From: an uncultured Acidobacteriota bacterium
Lineage (GTDB): Bacteria > Acidobacteriota > Thermoanaerobaculia > UBA5066 > Gp7-AA6
Direction of reading: 5' to 3'
DNA: 64,000 nt
Assembly: GCA_963825175.1 (NCBI GenBank)
Contig: CAWGSA010000002.1
Location: 2,270,346-2,334,345 of the forward strand
Below, piece by piece: positions 59,363 to 64,000 of the stretch. The stretch's first letter is position 1. Each line of letters starts with the position of its first letter. The translations under genes and the position numbers were made by a program. A model generated the notes under the pieces. That model was given only the letters and a program-made list of their open reading frames with translations, did no database searches and was not told where the DNA came from.

Positions 59363-59962
59363 TCAATCCGGGCCCGAGGCGGAGCCCGGAGAGGAAGGTT
59401 TTACATTGGCGCGTCTCATCGCGGCATCGATCCCGTCGGTCAACCAGAGCCGGAGCGCCTGCGTTCCCCGGCCGAGTGCATCCTCGAATGCGGCCCCCTC
59501 GTCGGTGAGCAGCGGCGCGAGGACGTAGTCGGCCAGATCGATCTCCCGGGAGTAGTCGGCTCCGCGGATGCCGATCCGCAGCCTGGGAAACTCCGTCCCG
59601 ATTCGAGAGATCACCGAAGCGAGCCCCTTCTGTCCTCCCGCCGAACCCCGCGCGCGCATTCGCAGGGTTCCCAGCGGAAGATCGATGTCGTCCACGACGA
59701 CACAGAGGTCCGAGGAATCGATGTCGTTTTTCTTGCAAAGAGCGTCAACCGCCTCGCCGGAGGCATTCATATACGTTTGGGGGAGAGCCAGGAGGACCGG
59801 AACGCCGGAAATCTCGCCTCGTCCGACGCGCGACAACGAGTGGCGCGCGCGAAGCCGGATTCCCTCTTCCGCCGCGAGCCTTTCCACCGCGCGAAAGCCC
59901 GCATTGTGGCGGGTATCCGCGTACTCGTCGCCCGGATTGCCGAGCCCGACGATGGCGTGCAG
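59363..59962 (-). CDS. pth: Peptidyl-tRNA hydrolase (start codon non-canonical or unresolved)
   Basis: GLHAIVGLGNPGDEYADTRHNAGF (catalytic His in TRHN) follows directly after the rplY TAG stop. No in-frame ATG/GTG/TTG precedes the catalytic site. A CTG 8 nt after AGGAG is the only well-spaced candidate. The track's GTG start at 59887 would delete the active site. Confidence 0.75.
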   Translation of the reverse strand: MHAIVGLGNPGDEYADTRHNAGFRAVERLAAEEGIRLRARHSLSRVGRGEISGVPVLLALPQTYMNASGEAVDALCKKNDIDSSDLCVVVDDIDLPLGTLRMRARGSAGGQKGLASVISRIGTEFPRLRIGIRGADYSREIDLADYVLAPLLTDEGAAFEDALGRGTQALRLWLTDGIDAAMRRANVKPSSPGSASGPD

Positions 59963-59965
59963 GCC

Positions 59966-60676
59966 CTATTTCTCCTTCTTCTCCTTTTCCTTCTCCTTCT
60001 CCTTCTCCTTCTCCTCGCTCCCTTCCTCGGTGGCGACCTTGCCCTTCTTCAGAACTTCGGGCTCCGTGATCTCCGTGGCCGCCTCGGCCGCCGCCGCCTC
60101 CGGAGCCTTCTCCGCGGTCGGATGCGTGACGTGGACCAGGACCTTCTCCGCATCGTCGACGATCTCGACCCCTTCGATGGCCGGGATCTGGGAAACGCGA
60201 AGGGCGTCCCCGATCGAGAGCTCGGACACGTCGATTGGAAGATGGGCCGGGATGTTCCCGGGCAGGCACTCGATCTCCACCTCGCGGGTGACGAAATCGA
60301 GAATGCCGCCCTCGGTCTTGACTCCCTTGGCCACCCCGACGACATCGATTCCGACCTTGACGCGGATCTTCGTGTCCATCATCACGCGGACGAAGTCGAT
60401 GTGGAGGGGCTTGCGCGACGCGGGATCCCGCTGGAGCTCCCGGATCATCGCGTGGCGACTTTGATCGGAACCTCCGAGCTTCAACAGGAAGATCGCGTTC
60501 TCCTGCGCCCCGTGTCGGAACGCGTCCGACAGCGCCCGGCGGTCGACGCTGATGGGGACGGTGGGCTTGCCGGCCCCGTACACGATGGCCGGAATCTTTC
60601 CCTGAGCCCGGCTTCTGCGGGCCTCGTTCTTGCCGACGCTCGCGCGCCGCTCGACGCTCAACTCGATCGTTTTCAT
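59966..60676 (-). CDS. rplY: 50S ribosomal protein L25 / general stress protein Ctc, with EK-repeat C-terminal tail
   Basis: MKTIELSVERRASVGKNEARRSRAQGKIPAIVYG is the L25 N-terminus. Ctc-type beta-barrel C-domain. Start at the second Met (about 60676). Confidence 0.85.
   Translation of the reverse strand: MKTIELSVERRASVGKNEARRSRAQGKIPAIVYGAGKPTVPISVDRRALSDAFRHGAQENAIFLLKLGGSDQSRHAMIRELQRDPASRKPLHIDFVRVMMDTKIRVKVGIDVVGVAKGVKTEGGILDFVTREVEIECLPGNIPAHLPIDVSELSIGDALRVSQIPAIEGVEIVDDAEKVLVHVTHPTAEKAPEAAAAEAATEITEPEVLKKGKVATEEGSEEKEKEKEKEKEKKEK
59969..60018. repeat. CTCCTT/CTTCTC hexanucleotide microsatellite encoding the (EK)n tail of L25
   Basis: ttctccttcttctccttttccttctccttctccttctccttctcc. 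The reverse complement encodes EEKEKEKEKEKEKKEK and also contains the GAAGGAG RBS for pth. Confidence 0.8.
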
Positions 60677-60718
60677 AAGGTTGTTCCCGGCGCGGCACAC
60701 CGCGCAAAGCGGGGCATT

Positions 60719-61675
60719 CTACACGAAAAGCGAAGAAACGGAAGAGCCCTCGTGAATCCGCCGAATCGCCTCTCCCAGGAGAGGGGCGATCGAGAGCGGC
60801 CGGATCCGCGGGCACCGAGCCACCGCTGCGTCGAGCGGCAGCGTATTGGTCACCAGGAGGGTCTCGATCTTCGAGGCTTCCAGGCGCTCCAGGGCCGGGC
60901 CGGACAGCACGGGGTGGACGGCGGCGGCGAACGTCTTCTTCGCGCCCTGGGCCCTCAAGGCCTCTTCCGCCTGGACCAGTGTGCCGGCGGTGTCGACGAT
61001 GTCGTCCAGAAGCAATACATTGCGGCCCTCCACCTCGCCCACGACGTGGAGAACCTCCGTTTCGTTCTTCCCGGTCCGCCGCTTATCGATGATCGCCAGA
61101 GAGGCACCCAGGCGTTTCCCGATCGCGCGGGCGCGCGCCACGCCCCCGACGTCCGGCGACACGATCACGAGGTCGTCCAGGTCCATCTTTCGGATGGCGT
61201 CGAGAAGGACCGGGGCGGCGAAGAGATGGTCGACCGGGATATTGAAGAAGCCCTGGATTTGGGCCGTATGGAGATCCATGGTGAGAATCCGATCGGCCCC
61301 GGCCGCGGTCAGGAGATCGGCCATGAGCTTGGCGGCGATCGGCACGCGGGGCTTATCCTTCTTGTCCTGCCTGGCGTATCCGAAGTACGGCATCACGGCC
61401 GTCAGACGCGAGGCCGACGACCGGCGAAAGGCGTCGAGAAGGATCAGGAGCTCCATCACATGGTCGTTGACGGGAGATCCCGTCGGCTGGACGACGAAGA
61501 CATCCGCGCCCCGCACGTTTTCGTCGATCTGACAGTAGTTCTCGCCGTCAGAGAAGTTGTAGAGGGTCAGCTGACCCATAGGCAGTCCGAGGTAATCGCA
61601 GATCTCCTGCGCCAGGGCGGGATGCGCCCGCCCGGAGAAGATCTTGAGCTCGCCGTAGGAAAAATTGGAGGTCAA
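60719..61675 (-). CDS. prs: Ribose-phosphate pyrophosphokinase (PRPP synthetase)
   Basis: LKIFSGRAHPALAQEI, DGENYCQIDENVRGADVFVVQ, PRPP-binding loop DLHTAQIQGFF and VVSPDVGGV. I infer the TTG at about 61675. The upstream track residues are encoded by the CGTGAGG repeat. Confidence 0.9.
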   Translation of the reverse strand: MTSNFSYGELKIFSGRAHPALAQEICDYLGLPMGQLTLYNFSDGENYCQIDENVRGADVFVVQPTGSPVNDHVMELLILLDAFRRSSASRLTAVMPYFGYARQDKKDKPRVPIAAKLMADLLTAAGADRILTMDLHTAQIQGFFNIPVDHLFAAPVLLDAIRKMDLDDLVIVSPDVGGVARARAIGKRLGASLAIIDKRRTGKNETEVLHVVGEVEGRNVLLLDDIVDTAGTLVQAEEALRAQGAKKTFAAAVHPVLSGPALERLEASKIETLLVTNTLPLDAAVARCPRIRPLSIAPLLGEAIRRIHEGSSVSSLFV

Positions 61676-61698
61676 GCAAAGCGATTGTATCGAATCGC

Positions 61699-61730
61699 GG
61701 CGTGAGGCGTGAGGCGTGAGGCGTGAGGCG
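61699..61730. repeat. Direct tandem array (CGTGAGG)x4, then CGTCGAA
   Basis: ggcgtgaggcgtgaggcgtgaggcgtgaggcgtcgaa lies about 25 nt upstream of the prs start and about 225 nt downstream of tRNA-Gln. Confidence 0.75.
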
Positions 61731-61955
61731 TCGAATGAACGCCACCCCATCAAGCCCCAGTCAAGAGAACTCTCGAACCCGGAGTACGCGTCCTTGAGCT
61801 CGCGGCGCGCGAAGTCTCCTGAGCGGAAGCAAAGGAGGAGGCGCGCGCCGCGGGAGCGTGAGCCAGTGAGGGATCAGGCGGACCGTCGAGGCCGCATCCG
61901 GCCGAGCGGACCGCCGGTGGCGAAGCCAGATCCCGAACGAACGGAAGCGACGTGG

Positions 61956-62028
61956 CTGGGGCGCTAGGACTCGAACCTAGAAATGCCGGCTCCAAAGGCC
62001 GGTGCCTTACCAATTTGGCGACGCCCCA
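61956..62028 (-). tRNA. tRNA-Gln (anticodon UUG)
   Basis: The reverse complement TGGGGCGTCGCCAAATTGGTAAGGCACCGGCCTTTGGAGCCGGCATTTCTAGGTTCGAGTCCTAGCGCCCCAG folds into a cloverleaf: 7-bp acceptor TGGGGCG/CGCCCCA, 3-bp D stem, anticodon stem CCGGC/GCCGG with loop CUUUGGA, T arm CTAGG-TTCGAGT-CCTAG, and an encoded CCA. Very close to the E. coli tRNA-Gln scaffold. Confidence 0.8.
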
Positions 62029-62121
62029 AGCGAAGGCCTCGGACGCTCAGTGTAGCGCGCATCCCGTGGGGCGGGTCGGCCGATGGCTGCGGCTCCGGGC
62101 TGGAAGCCCGGAGGGCCGGAG

Positions 62122-62448
62122 TCATTGGTGGACTTGAGAGTCCGCGTGGCCGGCGGAAGGCTCTTCGTCCTCGGACGCGCTCTCCAGCGCCGCCACGGAG
62201 CTCGCCCTTCCGTATTCTTCCAGGATCCGGCGCTCCATCCATTCCCGGGTCTCGCGATTGAGGGGATGCGCGATGTCTTTGAATTCGCCGTTCTTCTTGC
62301 GCTTGGACGGCATCGAGACGAAGAGGCCGTTGGGACCGTGGATGACCTTGAGATCCGACACCAGGAAACAATCGTCGAGAACGATCGACACGTAGGCCTT
62401 CAGCTTCTCTTCGGTGACCGGAAACACCTTGACCTGAGTTATCTCCAT
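62122..62448 (-). CDS. spoVG: Septation/regulatory RNA-binding protein SpoVG
   Basis: MEITQVKVFPVTEEKLKAYVSIVLDDCFLVSDLKVIHGPNGLFVSMPSKRKKNGEFKDIAHPLNRETRE is a strong SpoVG match. Confidence 0.85.
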   Translation of the reverse strand: MEITQVKVFPVTEEKLKAYVSIVLDDCFLVSDLKVIHGPNGLFVSMPSKRKKNGEFKDIAHPLNRETREWMERRILEEYGRASSVAALESASEDEEPSAGHADSQVHQ

Positions 62449-63317
62449 GAGTGACCTCCCGATGGATGGATACGCCGCTGATACTCATCGCGCCCGATCG
62501 TTCGACACGGCAACAGCCGACACTCCGGGTGGTTGCGCGCGAGCGTGCGAAGGGACTCCGCCGAGACCCCATGCATCGCGATCACCGAACCCGAGCCGGT
62601 CATCGCGCAGTCCGGGGACGCCTCCGCAGCCGCGCGCAAATACACGGTCATCTCCGAATTCGAAGCAAGCACGGCTGATGCCAAATCATTGGGCCCAAAG
62701 AACCGTCCGGATGACTCAACCTCCAGGCGCTTCGGAAGAGTCCCGCCCGATGGAACGTTCCCGCAGTCGAAAGAAACATAGACGTCCGCCGTTGAGAGTG
62801 AGAACGGCGGGACGAGCAGGACAAGATCCTCAGCCGGACCGTCCTCTCGCGGTGTCACACGCTCTCCCCTTCCCTCGACGTCCGCTTCCCCGCCGACGAA
62901 AAAGTACGGGACGTCGCTGCCCAGCTTCGCGCCGAGATTCCGAAGTTCCGCCGCGCTCAGGGCTGCTTTCCAGAGGGAGGCCAGGAGGAGAAGCGTCACT
63001 GCCGCGTCGGCGCTGCCGCCGCCCAGCCCTCCTCCGACCGGGATGCGTTTGGTCAGATGGATGTGGGCACTGGCAGTGACCGAGAGCGTCCCGGCGAGAA
63101 GGCGCGCCGCTCTCAACACCATGTTCGAATCGTCGACCGGAACGGGTGCGCCCTCGACCGTCAAGCGCAAATCCGGCGCCGGCTCGACGGCGAGGGTATC
63201 GGCGAGGCCGATCGACGTGAAGCGCGACAGGATGCTGTGGTACCCGTCTTCTCGACGGCTGCCGACGCGGAGCTCGCGATTGATCTTGGCCGGGGCCTCG
63301 GCGACGAACATGCTCAT
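62439..63317 (-). CDS. ispE: 4-diphosphocytidyl-2-C-methyl-D-erythritol kinase
   Basis: APAKINRELRVGSRREDGYHSILSRF.., GHMP kinase motif IPVGGGLGGGSADAA. ATG at 63315-63317. The upstream 195 aa of the track ORF are spurious. Confidence 0.85.
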   Translation of the reverse strand: MSMFVAEAPAKINRELRVGSRREDGYHSILSRFTSIGLADTLAVEPAPDLRLTVEGAPVPVDDSNMVLRAARLLAGTLSVTASAHIHLTKRIPVGGGLGGGSADAAVTLLLLASLWKAALSAAELRNLGAKLGSDVPYFFVGGEADVEGRGERVTPREDGPAEDLVLLVPPFSLSTADVYVSFDCGNVPSGGTLPKRLEVESSGRFFGPNDLASAVLASNSEMTVYLRAAAEASPDCAMTGSGSVIAMHGVSAESLRTLARNHPECRLLPCRTIGRDEYQRRIHPSGGHSWR

Positions 63318-64000
63318 TCCAGGACTTCGTGCGCCCGGAGGGTCAGGTGCAGACGGGCCCGGTTGGTGGAATCCTCGACGTCGATCTGCGGCGGCCACGG
63401 ATCGAACTGGCCGGAGTACGTCGCCACGATCTTCCCCTGCGGGCCGGTGACCGAGAGAGACCGGAAGCGGGAACGGGAAACGTCGAGAACCCCCTCGACC
63501 CGTTCCGCTCCCTCCCAAACCAGAAGCGCGTCGCCCGAGGCGACCCCGCGCACCTGCGGTCTGGACGCTTTCCACACGCCGGCCAGCAGGCAACGCAGCG
63601 CGTCCGGCTCGATGACGAGCGTCCGGAGACCCTCTCCCCGCAAGGCGCCGTCTGCGTACGTCGCCACCGGAGATCCAAAGGGTCCGGTCAGGCTCGCCTG
63701 CAGCGAGCGCGGCGACTCGGTGACGGCGAGCGTGCCGGGCTGGCGGACGAGCCCTCGCGTCAGGCGGGCGTCGTACAGGAGCCGGGAAGGAGGGAGAGCC
63801 TCGGCGCGGTCGACGGCCTGGCGCCAGGCGGCCAGAGCTCGAGCGGCGTCCTCGTCGCGAGCCGGAACGAACACCGGAGTCTTGCGCCCCGCGCAGCTCC
63901 ACGTCTCGAGCAGGAGGGCGGCCAGGAGGGCAGCCGCGGGGCGAAGGCCGGCTGCGGCGTGTTTTCCGGCGAGAGGACGGACCGCGACAGCGCCCGGACG
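63314..64000 (-). CDS. Putative lipoprotein (LolB-like position upstream of ispE), 5' end beyond the window
   Basis: The frame stays open to the window edge with a hydrophobic leader ...AAALLAALLLETWSCAG. It overlaps the ispE start. Function is inferred only from synteny (lolB-ispE-prs in other bacteria). Confidence 0.35.
   Translation of the reverse strand, partial: RPGAVAVRPLAGKHAAAGLRPAAALLAALLLETWSCAGRKTPVFVPARDEDAARALAAWRQAVDRAEALPPSRLLYDARLTRGLVRQPGTLAVTESPRSLQASLTGPFGSPVATYADGALRGEGLRTLVIEPDALRCLLAGVWKASRPQVRGVASGDALLVWEGAERVEGVLDVSRSRFRSLSVTGPQGKIVATYSGQFDPWPPQIDVEDSTNRARLHLTLRAHEVLE

Noticed and set aside
60719-61753. Long N-terminal extension of prs (MMGWRSFDASRLTPHASRRDS...)
   Set aside because: The extension is a translation of the (CGTGAGG)x4 repeat. 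Prs homology begins at ...ELKIFSGRAHP, so I infer a TTG start at about 61675.

Overview
This is a high-GC (about 70%) bacterial chromosomal segment that is densely packed with housekeeping genes, and I found no transposase, integrase, prophage or CRISPR array in it.

Gene content, in order along the window:
- An LPS-transport and lipid A neighbourhood: rpoN (3' end off-window), lptB, a giant LptA/OstA-repeat protein, an msbA-like ABC exporter, lpxB, and a divergent gnnA/gnnB-like oxidoreductase and aminotransferase pair.
- DNA repair and replication genes: recJ, priA, a family-4 uracil-DNA glycosylase, recG, uvrC and uvrB.
- Ribosomal and translation genes: rpsA, rplI, rpsR, rpsF, rplY (ctc), pth and trpS.
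- The conserved blocks yicC-gmk-rpoZ-coaBC, cmk-rpsA-ihfB and scpA-scpB, and a spoVG-ispE-tRNA-Gln-prs-ctc-pth block.
- accA, aspA/fumC-family lyase, mrcA (PBP1A) and an LD-carboxypeptidase.
- An ECF sigma factor with a zinc-finger (ZAS-type) anti-sigma factor and a DUF4097 protein, divergent from a radical-SAM / DUF547 / MauE-like / SRPBCC / site-2-protease cluster.
- Two adjacent DUF4388 proteins, one with a J-domain and TPR repeats, the other with a transmembrane segment and a SPOR domain.
- Two RNA genes that the ORF track cannot show: RNase P RNA (rnpB, minus strand, about 43540-43914) and tRNA-Gln(UUG) (minus strand, about 61956-62028).

The most unusual signal is a family of intergenic elements. 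Each is a tandem array of a short unit (mostly 7 nt) on one side, a 20-80 nt core, and the inverse array on the other side. They sit exactly at gene boundaries at 6596-6736, 23274-23363, 28941-29037, 39575-39662 and 43441-43516, with related direct arrays at 29821-29850, 61699-61730 and 57005-57027.

Three genes (udg, recG, and a cNMP-binding/FHA gene) are each broken by a single-base indel inside a homopolymer run. This looks like systematic sequencing error rather than real pseudogenes.

Hand-derived coordinates may be off by 1-2 nt. Coordinates taken from the ORF track are exact.
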